Source: Octopus bimaculoides
Taxonomy: Eukaryota
Length of the DNA stretch: 38,804 nt
Assembly: GCF_001194135.2 (NCBI RefSeq)
Contig: NC_068984.1
Span: 102,665,756-102,704,559 of the forward strand
Direction: 5' to 3'
Each line of letters opens with the position of its first letter. Within the stretch, counting starts at the first letter, position 1. The notes under the pieces were generated by a model. The model was given only the letters and a program-made list of their open reading frames with translations, was not told where the DNA came from and did not search any database. The translations under genes and the position numbers were made by a program. Shown here piece by piece: positions 1 to 12,038 of this stretch.

Positions 1-11
1 ATATTTACATA

Positions 12-345
12 TGGCGCAGGAGTGGCTGTGTGGTAAGTAGCTTGCTTACCAACCACATGGTTCTGGGTTCATTCCCACTGCGTGGCACCTTGGGCAAGTG
101 TCTTCTTCTATAGCCTCGGGCCGACCAAAGCCTTGTAAGTGGATTTGGTAGACGGAAACTGAAAGAAGCCCGTCGTATATATGTATACATATATATGTGT
201 GTGTGTGTGTATATGTTTATGTGTTTGTGTTTGCCCCCCCCCCCAACATCGCTTGACAACCGAATCCTGGGGTCGATTTGCTCGACTAAAAGCGGTGCTC
301 CAGCATGGCCGCAGTCAAATGACTGAAGCAAGTAAAAGAAAAAAG
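12..345 (+). mobile_element. tRNA-derived SINE (family A here) with internal (TA/TG)n tract and an ~85-bp internal deletion
   Basis: Pol III-like head (TGGCTGTGTGGTAAG ... GGGTTCATTCCC) followed by GGCACCTTGGGCAAGTGTCTT. The head/body recurs at 11680-11820. The 3' part (CGCTTGACAACCG ... GGTGCTCCAGCATGGCCGCAGTCAAATGACTGAAGCAAGTAAAAGAA) recurs as the reverse complement at 16215, 37630 and 38528. Confidence 0.8.
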
Positions 346-1000
346 AAAGAGAGAATATATATAAAATACTTTTCTATGACGATAATATCAGCAAAGAAAG
401 TACGCCATCTGATGAGAGAGAAATATTATTTAATAAACATACCATATATTTTTATACGATACTGAGTCTCGTGCGATGAAACGACTCGGGCAGCATGCTA
501 TCCGATTCGTTTCCATCACATAGTGTGTTTATGATATATATATGTGTGTGTGTGTGTGTAATATAATATGTGACAATTATTCGGTTGTCATAATAAAACT
601 CCGAGTGTCGGATGTTGGGGCGGAAACCTGCACCGGCATCTCTTCACTTATAGAGGCAATCAAAATATGCTATGAATATGACCGTTAAACAAAGAGAAAT
701 TACTATGTAACTGTCCGTTATTAAGACAAAGGAGCTGTTAGAATGACCGTTAAATAAGGAAAAAAACCGAAGGGGAGGAAGTCAAAAGTAAAGGAGTAAA
801 AATGCTCATAGCAATCGCGTATGCGCGCATGTATATACATATACATACGGGCACGCACATGCACGTACATGTGCCTATCTGCATATGCTCACTCAGACTC
901 GCATGAAACACATACATGCGCACCCACTCATACGCTAAATAGATGCACATATATATGCAACCATGCATGTACACGTATACATATCCACACAAACGCGCGG

Positions 1001-1034
<34 letters not shown>

Positions 1035-1119
1035 GCACATACCCATACGCGCACAGTTATATTTGAATACACGTCTAAAAATACGCACATGCTATATGCT
1101 CACTCACACTCGATTATCA

Positions 1120-1288
1120 TTTACAACATCCATTGGAAGATCTTAGCCAAGTGTATGCTTTACACCAACGGCAGTGGAAAGTGCGGTCTTTGTGATACGG
1201 AAAGATGGCTCATCTAGAAATGCAGCTGAGACACCGCTACATGTCTAAATTTAAGAACTGAACTTCTTGGATCATGTCCACAGGTAGC
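1120..1288 (+). mobile_element. Penelope-like element, C-terminal GIY-YIG endonuclease remnant, truncated by a gap
   Basis: Translates as YNIHWKILAKCMLYTNGSGKCGLCDTERWLI*...LNLRTELLGSCP. This resembles the PLE C-terminal pattern I.W.IL.....Y......C.LC..E...I....LN.R.EL...C. In-frame stops are present. Confidence 0.6.
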
Positions 1289-1754
1289 NNNNNNNNNNNN
1301 NNNNNNNNNNNNNNNNNNNNNNNNNNNNNNNNNNNNNNNNNNNNNNNNNNNNNNNNNNNNNNNNNNNNNNNNNNNNNNNNNNNNNNNNNNNNNNNNNNNN
1401 NNNNNNNNNNNNNNNNNNNNNNNNNNNNNNNNNNNNNNNNNNNNNNNNNNNNNNNNNNNNNNNNNNNNNNNNNNNNNNNNNNNNNNNNNNNNNNNNNNNN
1501 NNNNNNNNNNNNNNNNNNNNNNNNNNNNNNNNNNNNNNNNNNNNNNNNNNNNNNNNNNNNNNNNNNNNNNNNNNNNNNNNNNNNNNNNNNNNNNNNNNNN
1601 NNNNNNNNNNNNNNNNNNNNNNNNNNNNNNNNNNNNNNNNNNNNNNNNNNNNNNNNNNNNNNNNNNNNNNNNNNNNNNNNNNNNNNNNNNNNNNNNNNNN
1701 NNNNNNNNNNNNNNNNNNNNNNNNNNNNNNNNNNNNNNNNNNNNNNNNNNNNNN
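1289..1754. other. Assembly gap (one of 12: 1289-1754, 2341-2770, 5198-5270, 5940-6664, 7855-7864, 15023-15751, 20745-21057, 22712-22976, 26929-26981, 28824-29017, 30986-31020, 38403-38412)
   Basis: N runs, mostly abutting dinucleotide repeats. Confidence 0.99.
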
Positions 1755-1831
1755 TATATATATATATATATATATTTAGCAGAAGCAACAGAGCGACTGA
1801 AGGACCGTGTGTTTCGTGCGTCAGCACTTAC

Positions 1832-1899
1832 CAAACTAGTTACAGATTGAGGAGCTGTGAATGTATATACCGGTGATAATAGTATTTCCCTGGATAGAT
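1832..1899 (-). CDS. Candidate internal coding exon of an unidentified gene (68 nt, phase 1 to 0; (D)LSREILLSPVYTFTAPQSVTSL)
   Basis: Minus-strand acceptor tgtttttataatttgttccAG and consensus donor GTAAGT. Exactly one of three frames is open, in unique non-repeat sequence. No homologue recognised. Confidence 0.4.
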
Positions 1900-3555
1900 C
1901 TGGAACAAATTATAAAAACAATTACAATATCACGTGGATAATTTATATTCTTCAAATAGTGAGCCCGTTATGCCGTTCAACACGTAGAAACTAAATAGAA
2001 AAACAAATAAGGAAACTTTGTGCGCACTTCTACGCACATATAAGCGAGTGCTGGTGTGTGTAAGTACGCACAAATTTTCCCTATTTGTTAATTTATTTAT
2101 TTATCTATTTATTTATTAAACGGTATAGCGGGCAAATTATTTGAAAAATATGAATTATACATGTGATATGGTAATTTGTTTTTTATATGTACCAGAACTA
2201 TCTAGGGAAATACTATAATCACCGGTACATTAATTCGTAACTCCTAAACCAGTACTAACATAGTAAGTACTAACGCACGAAATTCTTATGTATATTCATG
2301 CATATATGTAAATACATACATACATACATACATATATATANNNNNNNNNNNNNNNNNNNNNNNNNNNNNNNNNNNNNNNNNNNNNNNNNNNNNNNNNNNN
2401 NNNNNNNNNNNNNNNNNNNNNNNNNNNNNNNNNNNNNNNNNNNNNNNNNNNNNNNNNNNNNNNNNNNNNNNNNNNNNNNNNNNNNNNNNNNNNNNNNNNN
2501 NNNNNNNNNNNNNNNNNNNNNNNNNNNNNNNNNNNNNNNNNNNNNNNNNNNNNNNNNNNNNNNNNNNNNNNNNNNNNNNNNNNNNNNNNNNNNNNNNNNN
2601 NNNNNNNNNNNNNNNNNNNNNNNNNNNNNNNNNNNNNNNNNNNNNNNNNNNNNNNNNNNNNNNNNNNNNNNNNNNNNNNNNNNNNNNNNNNNNNNNNNNN
2701 NNNNNNNNNNNNNNNNNNNNNNNNNNNNNNNNNNNNNNNNNNNNNNNNNNNNNNNNNNNNNNNNNNNNNNGTACTAACGCACGAAATTCTTATGTATATT
2801 CATGCATATATGTAAATACATACATACATACATATATATATATATATTGGCCCTCTCTTTCTTTAACTCCCACTATTTCCCACTCGTTTATCTCCCCTGT
2901 ACATTTCTCTTTGTTTCTGATTTTTTTTCTAATCTTTTAATCCCGCTGCCCCCTACCCATCTCTCCTCCTACGTGAACGGTATCCGGCTAGCCATGATCT
3001 TTCTTTCTTGGCCTGACTCCGACCGCCAACACCTCTTGTGTCCATCTATGTTCCTGCCTTTAGGCTTTCACTTGACACACGCCAGCTCAATTTGATTCGT
3101 TCTCAGTCGAAAGACACCGGTTGTTATTTCTTGTTGTTTGTATTCGTAATTTTGTACCATGTACTCCGTTTTTTTGTTTGCTTGTTTGTATGTCTTTGTT
3201 GCCGTACACATTCGCTAGCTTTCTTACAAAGGAGTTTTAATGCTCTTAGCTTAGACTTTTTTGAGGGCGACCAAATCGAACCATCTCAAGTGTAATTGTC
3301 CGAAATGGTCGTAACTTCTGCTACTTGACTGAGGAAAGAAAGCCACAAATGACACGTCTTTTTTTGGCCTCTCCTAACTGTTGTTTCTCTTGTCCACCTT
3401 TGTATCGTCTATCTGTCTGAATGTTTTTTTGTCCTCTATTGCGTTTTTGTTCCATTTATATATACATACATATATATACACATACATACACATATATACA
3501 TACACACACGCATGCTCACACACACATGTATTTGCCGATATCTATACTTATATCA

Positions 3556-3557
<2 letters not shown>

Positions 3558-3622
<65 letters not shown>
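3558..3622. repeat. (ATT)n microsatellite
   Basis: About 21 consecutive ATT units. Confidence 0.97.
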
Positions 3623-3624
<2 letters not shown>

Positions 3625-4140
3625 TCAGCAAACTAGCAGAATCGTTAGCCCGCCGGGCAAAATGCTTAGCAGTTCGTACCTGGACGACCTGCCGCAGCTC
3701 TCAGCAGCGGATGCGAGGCTGTGTGATAAGACAATAACTGCCGCTGAAATTTTTGAGGTGATGAGCGATTGCACAAGTCGCAAATCGCCCGGTTTGGACG
3801 TCTGCCCGATGAATTCTATGAGTTTATGCCAGATTTGTTTTGCAGCCTCTTGGCAGACGTCTACAGAACGGGAAAATATGCTGTTAGCCGGCATATGGTA
3901 ACGCTACTGAGAAAGGACGCAGACAATAGGTACGGGCTAGGAAATTTTAGGCCCATAACTCTGCTACACGTAGAGCTTAAGATTTTGGCCAAGGTGCTAG
4001 CGAAAAGGTTGGCGCTTGTCGTCGGTAGTCTGGTTGGAGAAATGCAAATATGTGCAATCCCGACAATCTATCCACGACAATCTCCACCTTGTGCGATACA
4101 TCATAAAGAAGGCTGAAACCAAATCTGGTTTCAGTGGAGC
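3625..4140 (+). mobile_element. Tx1/L1-clade LINE reverse-transcriptase N-terminal fragment, frameshifted
   Basis: Across frames: ITAAEIFEVM...KSPGLD(G)LPDEFY...NFRPITLLHVELKILAKVLAKRL...Q.CAIP..SIHDNLHLVRYII. These are the canonical L1/Tx1 motifs (KSPGPDG, RPISLLN.D.KI..K.LA.RL, R.I.DN). There are at least two frameshifts, and it ends before the D..KAFD motif. Confidence 0.85.
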
Positions 4141-5140
4141 TCAGACCATAGCTTTTTGGAAAGGCAAAGCCAAGCTTTGTGCGAAAGCTGCTTGCATATG
4201 AGGTAGCAGCTAGCAGGTTTATATACATGTATCAGCTGATGAATCTGTTATTATATATGGCTGAGTATACCAACAAAATTGTCTGATGAAGTTCTGTCTT
4301 GCCGCTCATTAGAATTCTAAGCAGGCCAAGTGTGTTTGGTTATGATGACTATAGAGTCTTGCGATGCAACCGTTGCTACTCATGCGTATCTATGTACGGT
4401 TTCTTTATGTATGAGAAACAAATGGGATGAAACTTTCAAGAGAAGAGGCTAAAAAGAAAACAGCAAACGAAAGATACGAGAAGATACGAAATAAATGGAG
4501 AGAGAACCAAGTAAGTGGAGTATAAGAGAAAAGCATAGTTAATCAAGGATGGAGAGAAGGAAAAGGACAGAACCCTAACATTAAGAGAGAGATGGAGTTA
4601 TATTTTTTGTTATAAAAATAAAAAAGAATGATTTTCACGTACACACTGTTTACAATTTTAGAAGGTCTATAGTGAATTGGTAAAAGTAAATTGAGATCTC
4701 ATTAAAACGAGAATGAGAGTAGCAGCAATATCAGCAACAGAGGCAAAAACAATAACAACGACACAAAGGTCGACAGCGACACAAATATAATTTGTTCATA
4801 TATCTTGCTTGATTTGAATTTATAATAATAAGTGATGGTAGTAATTTCATTTTAATCAATAACGCTGTTTATGAGACAGAAAACTCGATTAGTAGCCGTT
4901 ATATACGCACTAATAATTATTTTCAACGAACAAGAAATTGTGTCGGCTTTGCTGAGAGATTTATTGAAAGAATGAGTATACAATAATAAAGTCAGCTATT
5001 ACCGAACCTGTCATGGCTTAGAGGGAAAGTGAGACGATGGACGATGTGATATTTGTTTTGCTGAGAGTATAATATCTTGGCACGAAATTATTAGATGGAT
5101 TGTCCAGTCTTTACACGCGCGCGCACACACACAGACACAG

Positions 5141-5141
<1 letters not shown>

Positions 5142-5197
<56 letters not shown>
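5142..5197. repeat. (AC)n microsatellite running into a gap
   Basis: Direct inspection. Confidence 0.95.
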
Positions 5198-6892
5198 NNN
5201 NNNNNNNNNNNNNNNNNNNNNNNNNNNNNNNNNNNNNNNNNNNNNNNNNNNNNNNNNNNNNNNNNNNNNNATATATATATGTGTATGTATGTCATTATTC
5301 AGTTTTATTTCAAGATTCCTTGCCAATAGTAAAAGAACCGGTTTCTAACCTAAATCTAAGGCTCCTTTATTGGAATTTCAACATCAACAACAGGGTATTT
5401 TTGTATGTATGTATGTATGTATGTATGTATGTATGCATATGTGCAAATATGTATGTTTTTCTTCATGTATGTATTCTCGTGCATATAGTTGCATATCTAG
5501 ACATGCTCATATAAATTTAAATGATAAACTTCTGAAAAGTTTTACAGATTTTCGCAATTCTAGTGATGGATTTGTAAGGTACGAGCGTGCGAACTCAAAA
5601 AGGAGCAATGGTGACGAATGGAAAAACAGAGGACTCCTTTTATTTAAACGTGTCACACGGTCGAACATACAAATATATATCAAAGATGATATAGATGATA
5701 TGTTATGCGACGATAACATAGATGACCAGTAATAAAAGACCACAACCGTATAAGATGAATAACAGAGATATTTATTGTGGCGTTAAAGATGTATGTCTGT
5801 GAGTGAGTGTGAATGCGACATATAATAACATAATCAAAGACAGGCCGTCATGCAAAGAAAAGTGTGTATGTGAGTGATACATGTGTGTATGAGTGTTTAC
5901 AGCAGATAGAAAGAGAGTCAATAACACGTGAGCAATTATNNNNNNNNNNNNNNNNNNNNNNNNNNNNNNNNNNNNNNNNNNNNNNNNNNNNNNNNNNNNN
6001 NNNNNNNNNNNNNNNNNNNNNNNNNNNNNNNNNNNNNNNNNNNNNNNNNNNNNNNNNNNNNNNNNNNNNNNNNNNNNNNNNNNNNNNNNNNNNNNNNNNN
6101 NNNNNNNNNNNNNNNNNNNNNNNNNNNNNNNNNNNNNNNNNNNNNNNNNNNNNNNNNNNNNNNNNNNNNNNNNNNNNNNNNNNNNNNNNNNNNNNNNNNN
6201 NNNNNNNNNNNNNNNNNNNNNNNNNNNNNNNNNNNNNNNNNNNNNNNNNNNNNNNNNNNNNNNNNNNNNNNNNNNNNNNNNNNNNNNNNNNNNNNNNNNN
6301 NNNNNNNNNNNNNNNNNNNNNNNNNNNNNNNNNNNNNNNNNNNNNNNNNNNNNNNNNNNNNNNNNNNNNNNNNNNNNNNNNNNNNNNNNNNNNNNNNNNN
6401 NNNNNNNNNNNNNNNNNNNNNNNNNNNNNNNNNNNNNNNNNNNNNNNNNNNNNNNNNNNNNNNNNNNNNNNNNNNNNNNNNNNNNNNNNNNNNNNNNNNN
6501 NNNNNNNNNNNNNNNNNNNNNNNNNNNNNNNNNNNNNNNNNNNNNNNNNNNNNNNNNNNNNNNNNNNNNNNNNNNNNNNNNNNNNNNNNNNNNNNNNNNN
6601 NNNNNNNNNNNNNNNNNNNNNNNNNNNNNNNNNNNNNNNNNNNNNNNNNNNNNNNNNNNNNNNNTTCTCAAAGAGAAACTGGACCGAGACCAATTTGTGG
6701 GGTATGAGTTGATCTATATATAGCGTTAAGAGGGCTCCAAATGCCTTCAGAATTTTACTCCATCACGTGACCTTATTAGGGGCCGTGATTGGTCAGTTTG
6801 CGTTCTGGCAGGAACGGTTCGAAGAAGTTGCCGATTCGAATAATGATCAGTCACGTGATGGACAAGGAATGGGTTCTCTACTACGCTTGCAT

Positions 6893-7560
6893 TTATTTAT
6901 ATTTAAATGAGAAGATTGTATGTAATGGCGATAGTAGTTTGTAGCTAATGGCGGGAGGTAGTTTCACTACAGATTGGATCTGTAGTCTTCGAATTAGCTT
7001 TCTCCTTTCTGGTTTTGAGAAACCTAATTTCTCATGATTGGTGTTTAGGCAGTGTATTACATATCCCAGTGCCCCAATAATTACAGGCATAAACCTGAAT
7101 TTATAATCTGGATAGAGCAACTGCAGATTTCTCAACAGTTCAGCATAGGTGTTCTCTTTTTCAATGATCTTCAATTTATGATAATATCCGCAGGGCAGCT
7201 AATTTCCACACCTGTACACAGTTTCCCAAATCATTATACCAGGCCTATTGTGTTTACATTTTATTTAGGTTTTTACTTGGACATTACACCAGTACTCCTT
7301 TCTATTATGAGTGGCTATGTCTTCTCCCATACTGTGGGTTCTTATTTCTTTGTCCTCTGGGTTATCCTTCTGATGGATTTCATTATATAGTGTCCTAGCG
7401 ACAACATCGGTAGATAACACTGTGTTGACATTTTCGAACAACTGCTTATGATGATGTGGGTAATGTCTTCGGTGTTAACTCCACAAAGTCTGCATCGGTT
7501 GTCACATTTTACTGCTTTTCCTGCATCTCTATCTCTTCTGTGCATCTGCCATCACATGTA
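6893..7560 (-). mobile_element. R4/Dong-type (restriction-like endonuclease) non-LTR retrotransposon 3' fragment
   Basis: Minus strand: CCHC knuckle RCRLCGVNTEDITHIIISSCSKM, then KHNRPGIMIW (PD motif decayed), VEISCPAD, EKENTYAELLRNLQLLYPDYKFRFMPVIIGALG...IRRLQIQSV. This is typical RLE C-terminal architecture, with frameshifts and stops. Confidence 0.85.
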
Positions 7561-7778
7561 CAAATACCTTGATGTGGAAGATTTTGGTGTATGTGATAAA
7601 ACGAATTACACATAATGTTCTGAATTAAGCGACTGGTATTTTACATTTCTTTGTGTCCAAAGAAAACACAACACTTCAGCTATGGAGTTACATTCGTTCG
7701 TTATCATTTACACATTGGACTCTCTACTGCACACACCATGTTTATATATGTATATATATGTTTATCTATCTACATACA

Positions 7779-7820
<42 letters not shown>

Positions 7821-7864
7821 AATATATACACATCCACATATATATATACATATCNNNNNNNNNN

Positions 7865-7909
<45 letters not shown>

Positions 7910-8949
7910 TATATATATATATATATATGCATGTATTTGTTAATATGCATGTACGTTTGTGCCTATATTATTCTATATACCTATTATGCTTTATATATTC
8001 TAAAATCTGTACTTATTGTGCGTCTTTTATGTATACATTTATAGTCGAGCGCATGCAGAAGTATCTGTATATGTGTATTTTGTATATATTTATGTGTATG
8101 TATAAAAGTGTATGTATATGTATATATATGTACGTATTTGCGTAGGATGAGTGTACACGTGTATGTGTATGTGTATTTATATTTATTTGCATACTTACAC
8201 ACACACGCGGTTCTATGCATACGTGTCTAATGTAATTTGTTTATCCCAGATAAATATACTGATAAGCATATTGAGATGTCGGTGCGTGAGTAAAATTCTG
8301 GAAAGTTCAAATGCTAGCTGTAATGTTTTAGTGATCTTGTTGACTTCGTATAGAAGATTATTGTTATATACAGTCTCTTGTTATTAGTTTGACCTCCATG
8401 TCTTTATGCATTCATCCATGAATTCCATAGAATCTTCAATTCACTAACTGTTTTGTCCCCACTTACCAATCTGTGTAATCGGTTTGGGAAAAATTCTTTT
8501 ATATCATTTGCATGTATTTTTATATATTTAATTTTATATTTACTCTTTCAGATATTTTTACCTTACTTGTTGTTGCTTTTTTTCTTTTTTTATTCTGATT
8601 ATCTTGTTTGAATTAAGGGTGACTAATTCCTCATTTTTTTTATCTAGCACTTTAACTTGATTGATATAAGGATGTTCTTATGTGATGAAAAGATTTTTCT
8701 ATTATAACAACACAATAAATCTTGACTAGAATGCTTACCTTTTAGAAGATGTATAATTGATTATAATGCCCCGTTATTAGATTGTTACTCATTTTAACAA
8801 CCCTAGAAGGATGAAAGTTAAAGTAGAATTTGATAGGATTTAATAAAAGAACTAAATGTTATAAAACATTTGGTCAATCGGTCTACTGATTTTTCCAATC
8901 TAAAACAATGGATCATCTACAATTTTTTTGTAATTTCCAATTGTAAACA

Positions 8950-9141
8950 ACCGTATTTGCAGGTGAATAAGAAACATTCTCGTATAAAACCAACATTTTG
9001 TGAAAAAAACATATTTAATCTTTCATCATATACCCATGTACTCAGCACTCCACCTGTAATACGATCGCATTTAATGCATATCATTTGTTTTTGTTACATT
9101 TAACAATAAAGTGTGCGTCTTAAAAACCGGTATATAGGGTA
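8950..9141. mobile_element. Possible degenerate Tigger/pogo-like MITE
   Basis: Left ACCGTATTTGCAGGTGAATAAGAAACA versus reverse complement of the right end ACCCTATATACCGGTTTTTAAGACGCA: partial terminal inverted similarity only. Confidence 0.3.
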
Positions 9142-9619
9142 CTGTATTTTATCCAGCTTAGAATAAGAAAGAAAAGGTCAATTCTCGTTGAATTTGAGCT
9201 CAAGACATAAAGGTTCAAGGCTAAATACGGTAATGCATTCGTTTAAATGATATTGCAATTTGTAATGCAATTTGTATCAGATTATTACGTCGTGAGTTCG
9301 AAATATAGGCTACCTCTTTTCAAAGAATTTAATGAAGACATTTCCTCTTGATGGAATAGAATCGAGGTTTTACCTCAATGAGATAGAATTTAAAGAAAAA
9401 TTAAACTTGTTCTCATTATTTGGAGTGCTTTGGATATTTGCTATTTTATTTTATTTTTGTTTGGTGAACGGAGATATCCTCCAATCCTCTAATGGTTTTA
9501 TGCCAGATTGGCAAGGAAACTTAAATTCGGTTTAAGAGGATCGTAAAATGGCTCTTAGCGGTCTCTAGATATTAATACTAAAATGTATTATTTAAACGAA
9601 AGCTAATGGCTTATCATTA

Positions 9620-10652
9620 AATCCAATAGGATATTTTATGTGTGTGTGTGTGTATACGTGACAATACGTTTGTGCACTCGTATATTAATGTATAAATTTA
9701 CGATTCAGTGTTATACTCATAAATGCGCACACGCGTACACACATACACATACAACTAAACGCATGGGCACGTATGTATTAAATATTAAATTAAATATATA
9801 TATATATTATCTATCTATCTACAGACACACACATATGCACACAAACACACACAATCAAATATAAAAATTAAATATATAATTACATATATGTAAATATAAT
9901 ACCTGTCTATCAATATATATATATATATACATATATATGCATACCTATATATATATGTATATGTACATGTGCATGTGTACATATATATAAATGTATACAT
10001 GTATATATATATGTTTATGTACATGTGTATAAGTACACATATATACATGTACATATGTATATATTTGTAAATGTATAAATGTATATGTATATATATGTGT
10101 GTGTGTATGTGTGTGCGTGCGTGGCTGTGTATGTGTGTGTGCATGTGTGTGCATGTCTGTGTATGTGTGTGTCTATAAAAACCACAGAGGCATTTTCATA
10201 TGCGTATATATTTCCATGCCCATATGAGACACGAACATACAACTATTAGCGAAGTCATATGATTACAAAACTGCATTTATTACGAGAGCTTAAGCATATC
10301 CATTCCCAAACTTGTGTGTGTATGTGTGTTTAATACGAACGCACTCACTTGTACACATACACACACATGCACACATGCACATACTCATTCAGATATATAT
10401 ATATGTGCATGAGCATAGATGTGTATATATATTTGAAGAGAGAAAAAGAGAGAGGTAAGCAGACAGAAAAATGTAAATAGCTATGTATGTATATGTGTGT
10501 GTGTATTGTGCTCGCGTATGTGTGTGCGTGTGTATCTGTGTATATATGTATGTATATGTATATGTTTGTTTAAGTATGCATATGAATTCATATATATTTA
10601 CAAATTATACCCTTATATATATATAGATAGATACCTACATGTGTGAGTATAC

Positions 10653-10691
<39 letters not shown>

Positions 10692-10837
10692 CATACATAT
10701 ATATATGTGTGTATATATATATATACATATGTATACATATGTATATATGTGTATATATAAGCACATATATATATATATATATTTATATTTTTGAATATAT
10801 GTGTGTATGTATGTACATACGTATGTATGAATTATGT

Positions 10838-10908
<71 letters not shown>

Positions 10909-11220
10909 AAGAGCGAGTGAAGCATACACACAGAATGACATTGTGCGTGCTCGTGTGCATATGTGTGTTTGAATACACTTACATTCGCTGAATATCCATG
11001 ATGATTTAGATATTGAATAAATAATGGATATGGAATATAAAGTTGAATATGCAACTTACTCCACATTTTAAACAGGAATATAAGCATTTGCGTGTGTGTT
11101 TGTATGTATGTATATATATGTATTTGTCATATATACATATGTGTGTATATATGTGTGCGTATATGTATCTATCTGCATACGTATAAAGATGTCGTTTCGA
11201 GTGAATATTTGAATATTTGT
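9620..11220. repeat. Compound low-complexity (TA)/(TG)/(CA) field including (AG)n at 10841-10904
   Basis: Direct inspection; source of many spurious YI/HT/CV/RE ORFs. Confidence 0.92.
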
Positions 11221-11325
11221 ATATCTGTATAATGAGATGATTATACGTGTCACATATTTTAAACATTTTACGTCATTTTGTGATTTTTGTCTCTTTTTAA
11301 ATCGATCTGTTTTTTACGTTTTCAG

Positions 11326-11377
11326 TAGAGAAACGTTATTTATTGTTCCTGGTGTGGGATTAGATATTGCTACTTCG
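11326..11377 (+). CDS. Candidate internal coding exon (52 nt, phase 2 to 0; RETLFIVPGVGLDIATS), weakly PIG-H-like
   Basis: Strong acceptor ctgttttttacgttttcAG and donor G|GTAAGA, with an open frame and higher GC than the flanks. An alternative NAGNAG acceptor gives RNVIYCSWCGIRYCYF. Confidence 0.4.
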
Positions 11378-11679
11378 GTAAGATTAGTATTAATATGATC
11401 AATTATAGTAAGATTTTTGTGAAGAAGATTATGCTTTTTATGAAAAAGAAATTGTGTTAGTAGCTTATAAAAGCATATGCAATATATATATTGAGTAAAA
11501 CTTAAGTGAACTTGCAGCTATAAGATGGGGCAATTTATTAAGTTATGTAGTTATTCGAGACTGCTATTCGGCTGAATCAATAGTGCTTTGACTAGAAATA
11601 GTTTCTGGTATATTTTACGTTCGGAGTTCTAATCTTAATCAGGCTTATTTTGAAATTTTGTCTTTCTTTCATTCGAGGT

Positions 11680-11820
11680 CGATGCGGTAAGAAGTTTGCT
11701 TTGCAACCACATGGTTCAGTCTCATTACGTGGTACCTCGGGTAAGTGTTTTCTGCTATAATCTCGGACCTTGTGAGTGAATTTGGTAGTCGGAAACTATA
11801 AGAAGCCCGTCGTATATATA
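11680..11820 (+). mobile_element. SINE family A, 5' half, ending at the internal TA tract
   Basis: Colinear with 30-180 (GGTAAGAAGTTTGCTT...AACCACATGGTT...GTGAATTTGGTAG..GGAAACT...GAAGCCCGTCGTATATA). Confidence 0.72.
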
Positions 11821-12024
11821 TTTGGAAGCTAGTCTTTCACATTCACAAAATGACCCCACCCTTAATTTTGCTCAGATTGCTTTAAATTTTGGTGTATCGA
11901 TGCAACTCTGAATTTTGTTTATGATCAACAAATTACTTTATCTCGTAAATTAAAGAATCTGATGTTATTTGGAATTAAAGTTAGCAAATTTGGGTAATTT
12001 TAGCCAGCGTGGCATTAGCAGCTT

Positions 12025-12038
12025 GTTACCATGACAAC
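12025..12038. promoter_or_regulatory. RFX X-box-like motif GTTACCATGACAAC
   Basis: Differs by one base from the palindromic X-box form GTTACCATGGCAAC; function untested. Confidence 0.3.

Noticed and set aside
462-492. CTGAGTC...GAAACGACTC hammerhead-like look
   Set aside because: It lacks the CUGANGA core; only a 5-bp inverted repeat.
4427-4510. Possible first exon MKLSREEAKKKTANERYEKIRNKWRENQ followed by GTAAGT
   Set aside because: It lies in a purine-rich low-complexity stretch that readily gives K/E/R peptides; no promoter evidence or recognisable homologue.
4813-4986. Open frame containing NYFQRTRNCVGFAERFIERM, reminiscent of NC motifs in PPPDE/LRAT-type proteins
   Set aside because: Short motif only, with no start codon, convincing splice sites or catalytic His region.
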